Shown here: positions 39,401-50,014 of the stretch, piece by piece
Layout of the letters: the number at the start of each line of letters is the position of its first letter
Position numbering within the stretch: the first letter of the stretch is position 1
From: Squalus acanthias
Taxonomy: Eukaryota
NCBI GenBank assembly: GCA_030390025.1
Contig: CM059440.1
Location: 52,452,001 to 52,516,000, forward strand
Length of the DNA: 64,000 nucleotides
Reading direction: 5' to 3'
Notes under the pieces: generated by a model
What the model saw: the letters and a program-made list of their open reading frames with translations, nothing else
What the model was told of the DNA's origin: nothing
The model's database searches: none
Program-made: the position numbers and the translations under genes

Positions 39401-41345
39401 TTGAAATAGAAAAAGTTTTGTTCCCTCACCTCACAAAATGGACATCAAAAAAAGTAACTGCAGCAACAGGATCAGTAAACATCACAAAATAATGGGACTA
39501 AAAGACAACAGGTCCCCTGGACCAGATGGCCTGCATCCCAGGGTCTTAAAAGAAGTGGCTGCAGAGATAGTGGATGTATTGGTTGCAATCTACCAAAATT
39601 CCCTGGACTCTGGAGAGGTCCCAGCGGATTGGAAAACCGCAAATGTAACACCCCTATTTAAGAAAGGAGGGAGACAGAAAGTACGAAACTATAGACCAGT
39701 TAGCTTAACATCTGTCGTTGGGAAAATGCTGGAGTCCTTCATGAAGGAAGCAATAGCAGGGCATTTGGAAAATCAATGCAGTCAAGCAGAGTCAGCATGG
39801 TTTTATGAAAGGGAAATCATGTTTAACAAATTTGCTGGAGTTCTTTGAGGATGTAACGAGCAGGATGGATAAGGGTGAGCCAGTGGATGTGGTGTATTTG
39901 GATTTCCAGAAGGCATTCGATAAGGTGCCACATAAAAGGTTACTGCATAAGATAAGAGTTCACGGAGCTGGGGGTAATATATTAGCATGGATAGAGAATT
40001 GGTTAATTAACAGAATACAGACAGTCAGGATAAATGGGTCATTTTCCGGTTGGCAAACGGTAACTAGTGGGGTGCCACAGGAATCAGTGCTGGGGCCTCA
40101 ACTATTTACAATCTACATTAATGACTTGGATGAAGGGACCGAGTGTAATGTAGCTAAGTTTGCAGATGATACAAAGATGGGTGGGAAAGCAAGTTGTGCA
40201 GAGGACTCAAAGAATCTGCAAAGGGATATAGACAGGCTAAGTGAGTGGGCAAACATTTGGCAGATGGAGTATAATGTGGGAAAGTGCAAGGTTATCCACT
40301 TTGGCAGGAAAAATAAAAAAGCAAATTATTTTTTAAATGTAGAGATTACAAAATGCTACAGTTCAGAGGGACCTGGGGGTCCTTGTGCATGAAACACAAA
40401 AAGTTAGCATGCAGGTGCAGCAAGTAATCAAAAAGGCAAATGGAATGTTGGCCTTTATTGCAAGGGGGTTGGAGTATAAAAGCAGGGAAGTCCTGCTCCA
40501 ACTGTACAGGGTATTGGTGAGACTACACCTTGAGTACTGCATACAGTTTTGGTCTTCTTATTTAAGGAAGGATATACTTGCATTGGAGGCAGTTCAGAGA
40601 CGATTCACACAGTTGATTCCAGAGATGAGGGGGTTGACTTATGAAGAAAGGTTGAGGAGGTTGGGCCTATACTCATTGGAATTTAGATGAATGAGAGGTG
40701 ATCTTATTGAAACATATAAGATACTGAGGGGACGCGACAAGGTAGACGCAGAGAGGATGTTTCCCCTCGTGGGGAAATCTAGAACTCGGGCATAGTTTCA
40801 GAATAAAGGGTCGCCCTTTTAGAACTGAGATGAGGAGGCATTTCCTCTCAGAGGGTCGTAAATCTCTGGAATTCTCTGCCCCAGAGAGCCGTGGAGGCTG
40901 GGTCATTAAATACATTTAAGGTGGAGATAGACAGATTTTTACAAGATAAGAGAGTGAAGGGTTAAGGGAAGTGGCTTTGAGCCCAAGATCAGCCATGATC
41001 TTATTGAATGGCGGAGCAGGCGCGAGGGGCCAAGTGGCCTATTCCTGCTCCCATTTCTTATGTTCTTATGTAAATAGACAGGGGCTATTTCTTTGAAATA
41101 TTATTTTCAGCTCCATGAACAATGTTTACTTGGGAATTATCCATCTTGCCCATTAAAATGACCCAACATTACAAGTGAAACTACTGTTACTGCTTTGGGC
41201 CATTGCTCAATGGTGAAAAGACCACCTCAAACTGCGTAGATCATTCATTCAAATGTGTGCAAGGACACACAGTTACAGTTAAAGACTTACCTTGAGCCAA
41301 ACTGAATTGAACAGCCACCAAAACAGCGAGCAGACTTCTCAGCAT
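36290..41345 (-). CDS. B7-family (CD276-like) copy B, 282 aa; complement(join(41291-41345,38845-39195,37979-38263,36290-36447))
   Basis: Four phase-1 GT-AG exons, 849-nt open frame; leader MLRSLLAVLVAVQFSLAQ; TM WMLAVTVLAIAFIIVILVIAVC; AATAAA at 36011-36016 (-). Confidence 0.9.
37979..38263 (-). CDS. Copy B exon 3 (IgC-like, cysteine-free)
   Basis: 285 nt, splice sites as in copy A. Confidence 0.92.
38845..39195 (-). CDS. Copy B exon 2 (IgV)
   Basis: 351 nt, splice sites as in copy A, one codon shorter. Confidence 0.93.
39489..41071 (+). mobile_element. CR1 LINE (5'-truncated) in intron 1 of copy B
   Basis: SPGPDGLHPRVLKE, YLDFQKAFDKVPH, KFADDTK; (tcttatgt) tail; same insertion as 45408-46990, absent in copy A. 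Confidence 0.93.
41291..41345 (-). CDS. Copy B exon 1 (signal peptide)
   Basis: 55 nt, donor CAAG|GTAAGT. Confidence 0.85.
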
Positions 41346-42247
41346 ACTTTGCTCTCCTCGACAGCTGTCAAAACAAGACGAAGACGAAGACGACGACCAG
41401 TGAAAATCGTTTCTTTATCGGTTTCCACAGCTGCAAAAGACCCGCATCTTCTGGAGGGTTGAGGCGGCGCTCGGGGCAGAGCTCATTGACAGAGCTCCCA
41501 ACCCTCGGGGCTCCTGTCGTCTTGTCTCTATGGGACGGCGCGCGCAGCCCGCCCTCTTTTTTCGTCCCTGCGTACTGCGTCATCGTCGTCCGGCTGCCCG
41601 CGAGCAACGTCCCAGACAGCGCGCGAGCAAGAAGTTCGATGGAGATTACTCCATAGAAATAAAGGAGGAAAAAAAATATTTTTTTTAAAAAAAAGGAAAA
41701 AACGGGCTGCGGCCGCTCAATCCGCTCCGCTCCGGTTTTAAAAAGAAAATAAAAGGGGTGGGGGGCTGCCGGGGAAATGCTTGAAGCAGTTTCTGCTTCG
41801 CTGGCTCTGCCCGCCGGGCGGAGTCTGAAGCGTTCCCAGTGGTCAGCCTACCTTTTTTTTCCCCCAAACTGTCAAAAATCAAATTAAAATTTAATGCGGG
41901 TTGACATCTTTTGTCAACCCATTAACTGAAAGGGCCTTCAAATTATCAAAATCAAATTAAAATGTTGCCGGCCCGCGAGACGATGCACTCCAGTGGTCAG
42001 CCTGATGAGGCTGAGGTGACAGGTCGGGATTCATGGGCACCGTCGATTGCAGCTCGCTGTTGGCCTCCCTCCCAGAGAGTGCAGCCCGGAGGGTATAAAA
42101 TAGCGGTCACCGAGCTCTGCCCCGTGGAGGGCCGGCGGAAGCCTCCAGAAGATGCGGGTCTTTTTGCAGCTGTGGAAACCGATAAAGAAATGATTTTCAC
42201 TGGTCGTCGTCTTGTCTTGTTTTGACAGCTGTCGAGGAGAGCAAAGT
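41346..42247. promoter_or_regulatory. Candidate divergent promoter region between copies B and C (CpG-rich; TATAAAA at 42094-42100)
   Basis: ATGs at 41345 (-) and 42248 (+); dense CpG ~41440-41830 and ~41960-42210; TATA 154 bp upstream of copy C ATG. Promoter activity is inferred. Confidence 0.6.
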
Positions 42248-42290
42248 ATGGTGAGAAGTCTGCTCGCTGTTGGATTCAGTTTGGCTCAAG
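42248..42290 (+). CDS. Copy C exon 1 (shortened signal peptide)
   Basis: 43 nt, 12-nt in-frame deletion vs A/B, donor CAAG|GTAAGT. Confidence 0.78.
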
Positions 42291-45200
42291 GTAAGTCTTT
42301 AAATGTAACTGTGTCCTTGCACACATTTGAATGAACGATCTACACAGTTTGAGGTGGTCTTTTCACCACTGAGCAATGGCCCAAAGCAATAACAGTAGTT
42401 TCACTTGTAATAGCAAAATACTGCGGATGCTGTGATTGTAAGTCAGAAGCGGACCCAGTGATGTACAAGGTCGACGCTCAGCCTAGATACAGATGACAGA
42501 CTTCGAGTGATGGTTCAAAACGGTCCTTTATTGTCCACAGGCCTGGGGAGAACCTTCTGAGACTCGACTCAGATCCGACTCCACCAATACCCTGGCAACG
42601 TTTACAATTATACACAAAAATCATATCCCGCCCTAGGGGTGGGTGCAAAGCTATCAAGTATACAGATTTATTACTAAATGGCAAATATAAAGTATAACAT
42701 TTCATCCTTCCTACCGCCTACAAATCGCGTGACATGTGGCATTACGCCCTACATTCCCGATTAATCACATTTCTGTTATCAGTTGGTCCAAGGAACTTCT
42801 GAGACTGCGGCCTTGGCTGAGTCTATTGCTGCTACAACTGCCCTTTGTCTCTGGCCAGATGGTTTGTGCAGTAGTGTTTTTTTCTTAAGATAACAGTTCC
42901 TGTTTTTGTAACAGGCTCAAGTTACTTCTGCAAAGCAAGCAGAGTGTGATTAGTGACTGTGAGACTTTTCCAATGGCTTTTAGCAGTCAGCCATTTTACG
43001 ATGCCCACATTACATACTTTACTTACTAAATACACATTTCCCCTCTATCTCGGTCCTATACCTAACACTTAATAATATTAAATATAAAATTTAATTACTT
43101 CATGCTGCAAATTTGAAATAACAACAGAAAACGCTGGAAAAACTCAGCAGGCCAGGCAGCATCCGTGGAGAGAGAAACAGAGTTAACGTTTCAGGTCTGG
43201 GACCCTTCATCAGAACTGGAAAAAGCTGGAGATGTAACAGATATTAAGCAGGTGCAGAGACACCGGGGGGGGGGGGGGGGGGGGGGGAGGGGGGGGGTGC
43301 GGGGGGAGAGGAACTGAAGGAACGTACTGTGCTTTTGTAAGAGGCAGGAAAGATAAAGGGCCGAAACTTGATCCCGGGACGCGAGAGTACGCACTGCGTA
43401 CTCTCGCGTATTCCCACTCCAATTGCCGGTTTTCTGCATGCCCTGCGCATGCGCTGAAAACCGGCAATTGCTTTTCTGAAAAGGGGGCGGGTCTTGGGTG
43501 CATCGCGTGCGCGCTACAGGCTGCGTGCACGCTGTGCACTTCATGCTTTGGACGCGCAGGTAAGTACTGAAGATTTTGCAAATGTAAAAAGGAGGAGTAA
43601 GACCCGCTTTTAAGAAGGTAAGTAGTGAATTAAGTATTTTTTTGAATTTTTTTTTACAGGTATATCTTTTTTAGAGACTTTAAAGACAGGTAAGTTTATT
43701 TTTATAACTTTTTAAAAGATTTTAAATTTTTTCAAAAATTTAATTTTTTATTTAAAATGGTTAATTTAATTAACTATACTTATTTTATTAATGTGATGGG
43801 TTTTTTTTTAATTTAATTGAGGTTTAGCTGTTATTTTGGGGGGGGTGTAAGATTCATAGATTTCACAGCAGGTCTGTGAAACTTATGAATGGAAGATGGT
43901 GTGCTGCCATTGGCTCTAACCGAGTCACGTGATCCCACAGCTCGCACGAATTCACTACGCCGCTGGGATACGCAAGCCCAGCACAGCTGATGTCTGGAAC
44001 ATCAAGTTCGTGCGAGCTGGATCTGAAAAAGCACAAGCGAGGTGAGACATCGCGGGGAAGGCTTACCCCCGCGGGAACAGAGCGAGATCAATTTCTGGGC
44101 CAAAATGTTGCAAATGGGGATGGCAAAATCATACAGCATGAGAAATGGGGGCAGGGGTTATAGTTTGAAATTGTTGAACTCAATGTTGATTCCAGAAGGC
44201 TGTAAAGAGCCTAATCGAAAGATGAGGTGCTGTTCCTCGAGCTTAAGTTGAGCTTCATTTGAACAATGTAATAGGCCGAGGTCAGAGTGGGACTGAAGCG
44301 GTGAATTAAAGTGACAGGTGACCGGAAGCTCGGGGTCACCCTTACGGACTGAACGGAGGTGTTCCGCAAAGCGGTCGCCCAATCTGCGTTTGGTCTCCCC
44401 AATGTAGAGGAGACCACATCGTGAGCAGCGAATACAGTATACTAAATTGCAAGAAGTACAAGTAAATCACTGTTTCACCTGGAAGGGGTGTTTGGGCCCT
44501 GGACAGTGGGAAGGGAGGAGGTAAAAGGGCAGGTGTTACATCTCCTGCGCTTGCATGGGAAGGTGCCGGGCGAAGGGGAAGAGCTGTTAAGGGTGATTCA
44601 GGAGTGGACCAGGGTGTCACGGAGGGAGCGGTCCCTTTGGAATGCTGAAAGGGGAGGGGAGGGGAAGATGCGTTTGGTGGGATCACGTTGGAGGTGGCGG
44701 AAATTACGCAGGATGATCCGTTGAATGTGGAGGCTGGTGGGGTGAAAGGTGAGGACAAGGGGAACCCTATCGTGGTTCTGGGAGGGAGGGGAAGGGGTGA
44801 GAGCAGAAGTGCAGGAAATGGAACAGACATGGTCAAGGGCCGTGTCAACCACAGTAGCGGCGAATCCTCGGTTGAGGAAAAAGGAAGACACGTCGGAAGC
44901 ACTGGTATGGAAGGTGGCATCGTCCGAACAGACGCGGCGGAGACGGAGAAACTGGGAGAATGGAATAGAGTCCTTACAGGAAGCGGGGTGGGAGGAAGTG
45001 TAGTCCAGGTAGCTGTGGGAGTCAGTGGGCTTGTAGTGGATGTTTGTCGAAAGCCGATCGCCAGAAATGGTGACGGAGAAGTCAAGGAAGGGAAGGGAAG
45101 AGTCGGAGATGGACCATGGTTCACGGACTCCCAGGCCGCCTGCCTTTTCTGCGGCCTAGAGGAGGAGTCTTAAGTTACAGTCAATTTGTTTAATCAAAAG

Positions 45201-48200
45201 AGCAACCAGAAAGAGTAACCTGCAGTTACCTGGCACCAACGATACCATAATAAGATACCATAATCTTGGTCACTGCGCTCGGTCCCAGTCTTGAATGGTT
45301 TCACTTGTAATGTTGGGTCATTTTAATGGGCAAGATGGATAACTCCCAAGTAAATATTGTTCATGGAGCTGAAAATAATATTTCAAAGAAACGGCCCCTG
45401 TCTATTTACATAAGAACATAAGAAATAGGAGCAGGAATAGGCCACTTGGCCCATCGAGCCTGCTCTGCCATTCAATAAGATCATGGCTGATCTTGGGCTC
45501 AAAGCCACTTCCCCGCCCGCTCCCCATAACCCTTCACTCCCTTATTTTGTAAAAATCTGTCTATCTCCACCTTAAATGTATTTAATGACCCAGCCTCTAC
45601 GGCTCTCTGGGGCAGAGAATTCCACAAATTTATGACCCTCAGAGAAGAAATTCCTCCTCATCTCAGTTCTAAAAGGGTGACCCTTTATTCTGAAACTATG
45701 CCCCTGAGTTCTAGATTTCCCCATGAGGGGAAACATCCTCTCTTAATCCACCTTGTCGAGCCCTCTCAGTATCTTGTATGCTTCAATAAGATCACCTCTC
45801 ATTCATCTAAATTCCAATGAGTATAGGCCAAACCTCCTCAACCTTTCTTCAAAAGTCAACCCCCTCATCTCTGGAATCAACTGTGTGAATCGTCTCTGAA
45901 CTGCCTCCAATGCAAGTATATCCTTCCTTAAATAAGGAGACCAAAACTGTATGCAGTACTCAAGGTGTGGTCTCACCAATACCCTGTACAGTGGTAGCAG
46001 GACTTCCCTGCTTTTATACTCCAACCCCCTTGCAATAAAGGCCAACATTCCATTTGCCTTTTTGATTACTTGCTGCACCTGCATGCTAACTTTTTGTGTT
46101 TCATGCACAAGGACCCCCAGGTCCCTCTGAACTGTAGCATTTCGTAAAATCTCTCCATTTAAAAAATAATTTGCTTTTTTATTTTTCCTTGCACTTTCCC
46201 ACATTATACTCCATCTGCCAAATGTTTGCCCACTCACTTAGCCTGTCTATGTCCCTTTGTAGATCTTTAAGTCCTCTGCACAACTTGCTTTCCCACCCAT
46301 CTTTGTATCATCTGCAAACTTGGCTACAGTACACTCGGTCCCTTCATCCAAGTCATTAATGTAGACTGTAAATAGCTGAGGCCCCAGCACCGATCCCTGT
46401 GGCACCCCACTAGTTACCGTTTGCCAACCGGGAAATGACCCATTTATCCCGACTCTCTGTTTTCTGTTAGTTAACTAATTCTCTATCCATGCTAATATAT
46501 TACCCCCAACTCCGTGAGCTCTTATCTTATGCAGTAACCTTTTATGTGGCACCTTATTGAATGCCTTCTGGAAATCCAAATACACCACATCCACTGGCTC
46601 ACCCTTCTCCACCCTGCTCGTTACATCCTCAAAGAACTCCAGCAAATTTGTTAAACATGATTTCCCTTTCATAAAACCATGCTGACTCTGCTTGACTGCA
46701 TTATGATTTTCCCAATACCCTGCTAATGCTTCCTTAATGAAGGAATCCAGCATTTTCCCAATGACAGATGTTAGGCTAACTGGTCTATAGTTTCCTGCTT
46801 TCTGTCTCCCTCCTTTCTTAAATAGGGGTGTTACATTTGCGGTTTTCCAATCCGCTGGGACCGCTCCAGAGTCCAGGGAATTTTGGTAGATTGCAACCAA
46901 TGCATCCACTATCTCTGCAGCCACTTCTTTTAAGACCCTGGGATGCAGGCCATCTGGTCCAGGGGACCTGTTGTCTTTTAGTCCCATTAATTTGTGGTGT
47001 TTACTGATCATGTTGCTGCAGTTACTTTTTTTGATGTCCATTTTGTGAGGTGAGGGAACAAAACATTTTCTATTTCAATAGATCACAGAAAATATCAAAG
47101 CAGGAAATATCAACCATTCAGGAGAAGAGAAAGTACAACTGTGGGGATAATTACTACTTAGTGCTTTCCTGTGTTCAAGATTAAATCTCGTATTAATCAT
47201 CCTTTTAAAATAAAATATTTTGAAGAGTTAAGATTAAATCTCTTGGAACAATGCTGTTACTAATCTATTTGTTTGAATTCACAGCTCAGTTTCAAGTCCA
47301 CACCCCAGAAGCACCAGTGACTGCTATCTACGGCCAGTACACGGTGCTGAGTTGCAGCTTTACAGCTCAGGGTGAATCATCACTGTATCTGCTGTTCATC
47401 AGTTGGCACCGTGTCGAGACGGAGGAAGTTGTTTATTATTATTCTGGAAAAGAGCAACTGAGTCGCCAAAGCCCTCGGTATTCGGGGAGGACAAGCTTAT
47501 TCCCAGAGGAGTTAAAACAAGGGAACGTTTCAGTGAAGCTGGACAGAGTGAGACCAGAGGATGCTGGACAGTACCTGTGCTTAGTCAGTAACGCAAAAGG
47601 AAGTGGCCAGGGCATTGTGTCTCTAATATTTGCAGGTACATGCTTCTTTCAGTTTTCATTTTTGTTCTGTCAGTGCTGCAAAATTAAAGTCATGCTTCTT
47701 GGCCTCCCCTGATGGCTCAGTGAGTCTCACCATTGAGTGCCTGAGCCATACAGACCAGGTTTGATGCCCAGACTGTGCTGGTTTAGCTCCTCTCCGCTGG
47801 AGCAGTGCTATTGGTGCAATCGACACACCTCGGTTAGGGTTGGCACTCCCGTTTGCTATTCAGCAAGCCCTGCCTGTGGACGGCTCCAGGATCGGGCTGA
47901 ACTGTGATGGCCTCGCAGGTGAAAAGCCCACTGATATTTACCATCAAGGGTTACGTATGATTTTGGCTGAACAGCTGCCAGCAGGATATTGTGGGATTTT
48001 CACCTTCAACTTGATCACTTGGTATAATGATTTGAATATCTCTAAATTGATCACAAACAGCAATATCTACTATTCTGTTTGTACTTGGATTTGTTGTTTT
48101 TGAGCATTTAAAGCTTTTATTGCAATTTTCAATTCGTTATTAACTGGAACAAAATTCCTAGTTGGCATTATTTTTATCAAGTTTATTTCTTGTTTCTAAT

Positions 48201-50014
48201 GACCCTTTTTAAAAAATCTACAGCATACTACAAGGAACTGACTTTTTTTATCCAGTTAACACCATCCGGGACAGTGTTCAGATTCGAGTCCCAAGGTTAC
48301 CCTGAGGCTACTGTTTCCTGGTACAATGAAGATATTTCCACACTGTCTGAGACTTCGTACCAACAAAGTGGAGATGGTCTATACTCCCTGCAGAGTATTC
48401 TGCAAATCAGTGACACCAATAGGAGTTCTAACTACACATTCAGATTAAGAAATGATGTTCTACATCAATCAGTTTCTCGAACATTTGGTCTTTCTGTAGG
48501 TAAGTTGTGTCCTACACTCAGTACTCATAACCTCCAGTTGTCTTGCGATACAATGCTGAATCACGACATCTTGATCTCCATGCCATTTGAAGTAAAGGAA
48601 ATCTTCTTTCAGTTCTTCAGAAACTTCTGTTCCAGTCTCTGGTTCCACAAGTATAAACCACTGCACCTTTTTAACTTTCATGGCCCTACACTTCTTGACT
48701 TATCAATGTTCTTGGCCTCACTATCTCCCAAGACCACAAATGGAGCTGCTGCATTGCTCGGCTGCTCAAAAGCTGTTTCCTCGTTTGTGCCAAACACTTC
48801 TTACCAAATACCTTTAACTCTCTATAGCTCGAGCCCTTTTGTGACTTGGATACAGCTCCCATATTTGGGAAGACTCTCCTTAATGTCTCCCTCACTCCTT
48901 GGAGAGGATATAAGAAGTTTTCTCTCTATGCTGTATTGTACCCTCCACGCTATGTAAACTTCAGCTCATCCAAAACTCTGCTGCCCTTCTCCTATCCTGC
49001 ACTACAATCTGCTAACCCTCCCCCTGTGCTCGCTGGCCTACATTAGCACCTGGTTACCAACACCTCAAATTTAAAATTCTTATCCTTGTGGTTAAGTCCC
49101 TTTGTGGCCTCGTCCCTCCTAATCTCTCTCTACCCTTCTCTAGCCCTACAACCCTCTGAGAACTCTGCATTGCTCCAACTCTGGCATCTTGTGAATTCCC
49201 TACTGCCATCGCCCTGCCACTGGCAGCCATCTATAGCTTGCGCTCCAGAATTCCCTCCCTAAACCTCTCTCTCTCTCTCTCTCTCTCTCTCCTTTTTTAA
49301 AACTTTCCTTAAAATCCACCTCTTTGACCAAGCTTTTAGTCACCCCTTCTAATATCTCTCTTTAGGTGTCAGCCATGCATCAGGTGGGAGAAGGTTGTGG
49401 GTTCAAGCCCAACTCCAGAGACTTGAGCACAAAAATCTAGGCTGACACTCCAGCACAATACTGAGGGAGTGCTGCACTGTCGGAGGTGCCGCCTTTCAGA
49501 TGAGACGTTAAACAGGTGGACGTAAAAGATCCCATGGCACTATTATGAAGAACAGGGGAGTTCTCCCTGGTGTCCTGACTATTATTATCCTTCAACCAAC
49601 ATCACTTTAAAAAAAAAAAAAAAAAAAAATTATTATCTGGTCATTATCTAATTACTGTTTGTGGGAGCTTGCTGTGTGCAAATTGTGCTGCTGCGTTTCC
49701 TGCATGACAACAGTGACCACTTAAAGTACTTCATTGGCTGTAAAGCACTTTGGGGTTGTGAAAGGCGCTGTGTAAATGTGTGGGCTTTTTTTGGCTGATT
49801 TAGCATAGAAGACCAAACCAGCACTGAAACCACTGCCGTAATGATCAATAGTTTTCTTCCCTTTTTTTCCACAGAAATGAAAACTGATCACGTTCTTACA
49901 AGAAATCGCTGGATGCTTGCAGTCACTGTCCTTGCTATTGAATTTATAATTTTAATTCTAGTCATAGCCATGTGCAAGAAACGTGTTTCACTGGCAAATG
50001 GAGAAACAAAATGA
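42248..50014 (+). CDS. B7-family (CD276-like) copy C, 269 aa; join(42248-42290,47285-47635,48224-48499,49875-50014)
   Basis: 810-nt open frame. Shortened leader MVRSLLAVGFSLAQ, 3-aa deletion in IgC, tail truncated at NGETK*; AATAAA 50300-50305. May be decaying. Confidence 0.8.
42433..43102 (-). mobile_element. Solo LTR, 670 bp
   Basis: TG...CA ends (tgattgtaa / ttacttca), 5-bp TSD tgctg (42428-42432, 43103-43107), minus-strand TATAA (~42608-42612) and AATAAA (42527-42532). Confidence 0.85.
43181..43217 (-). ncRNA. Minimal type I hammerhead ribozyme motif in the Penelope-like terminal repeat
   Basis: AGUU-CUGAUGA-AGGGUCCCAGACCU-GAAAC-GUU-AACU: intact core, stem I AGUU/AACU, stem II, palindromic ACGU in place of stem III. 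Activity untested. Confidence 0.7.
43358..44101. mobile_element. Harbinger-like MITE family 1, second copy, nested in the Penelope element
   Basis: Same TIRs as 904-1645, 3-bp TSD aaa (43355-43357, 44102-44104). Confidence 0.87.
45408..46990 (-). mobile_element. CR1 LINE in intron 1 of copy C (same insertion as 39489-41071)
   Basis: ORFs 46475-47041 and 45803-46237; identical junctions. Confidence 0.93.
47285..47635 (+). CDS. Copy C exon 2 (IgV)
   Basis: 351 nt, conserved splice sites. Confidence 0.92.
48224..48499 (+). CDS. Copy C exon 3 (IgC-like, cysteine-free)
   Basis: 276 nt, conserved splice sites. Confidence 0.9.
49875..50014 (+). CDS. Copy C exon 4 (TM + tail: EMKTDHVLTRNRWMLAVTVLAIEFIILILVIAMCKKRVSLANGETK*)
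   Basis: ccacag| acceptor; TGA 50012-50014 after a 2-nt deletion. Confidence 0.86.

Larger units (their letters stand above)
32721..41535 (-). repeat. Segmental duplication arm B (inverted)
   Basis: Reverse complement of arms A and C, including gene, introns and 3' flank. Confidence 0.9.
42412..45118 (-). mobile_element. Penelope-like element (RT C-terminus + GIY-YIG endonuclease + 3' terminal repeat), carrying a nested solo LTR and a nested MITE
   Basis: FFLNRGF...RVPLVLTFHP...RDRSLRDTLVHS (44598-44891) and GDRFAEHLRSV...CHFN...LEEQHLIFRLGSLQPSGIN (44158-44382). Whole insert 42412-45297 is flanked by the 14-bp TSD gtttcacttgtaat. Confidence 0.9.

Noticed and set aside
41998-42030. ctgatgag as another hammerhead core
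   Set aside because: It sits in a small hairpin (cagcct-gatg-aggctg) with no GAAA after a stem II.
43265-43308. Poly-G tract / poly-Pro ORFs
   Set aside because: Low-complexity tract in the Penelope UTR; homopolymer length is unreliable and the ORFs are incidental.
48190-48957. 255-aa ORF extending IgC, as a secreted isoform
   Set aside because: Runs through a perfect GTAAGT donor into intron 3, and the extension ends at different points in each copy.
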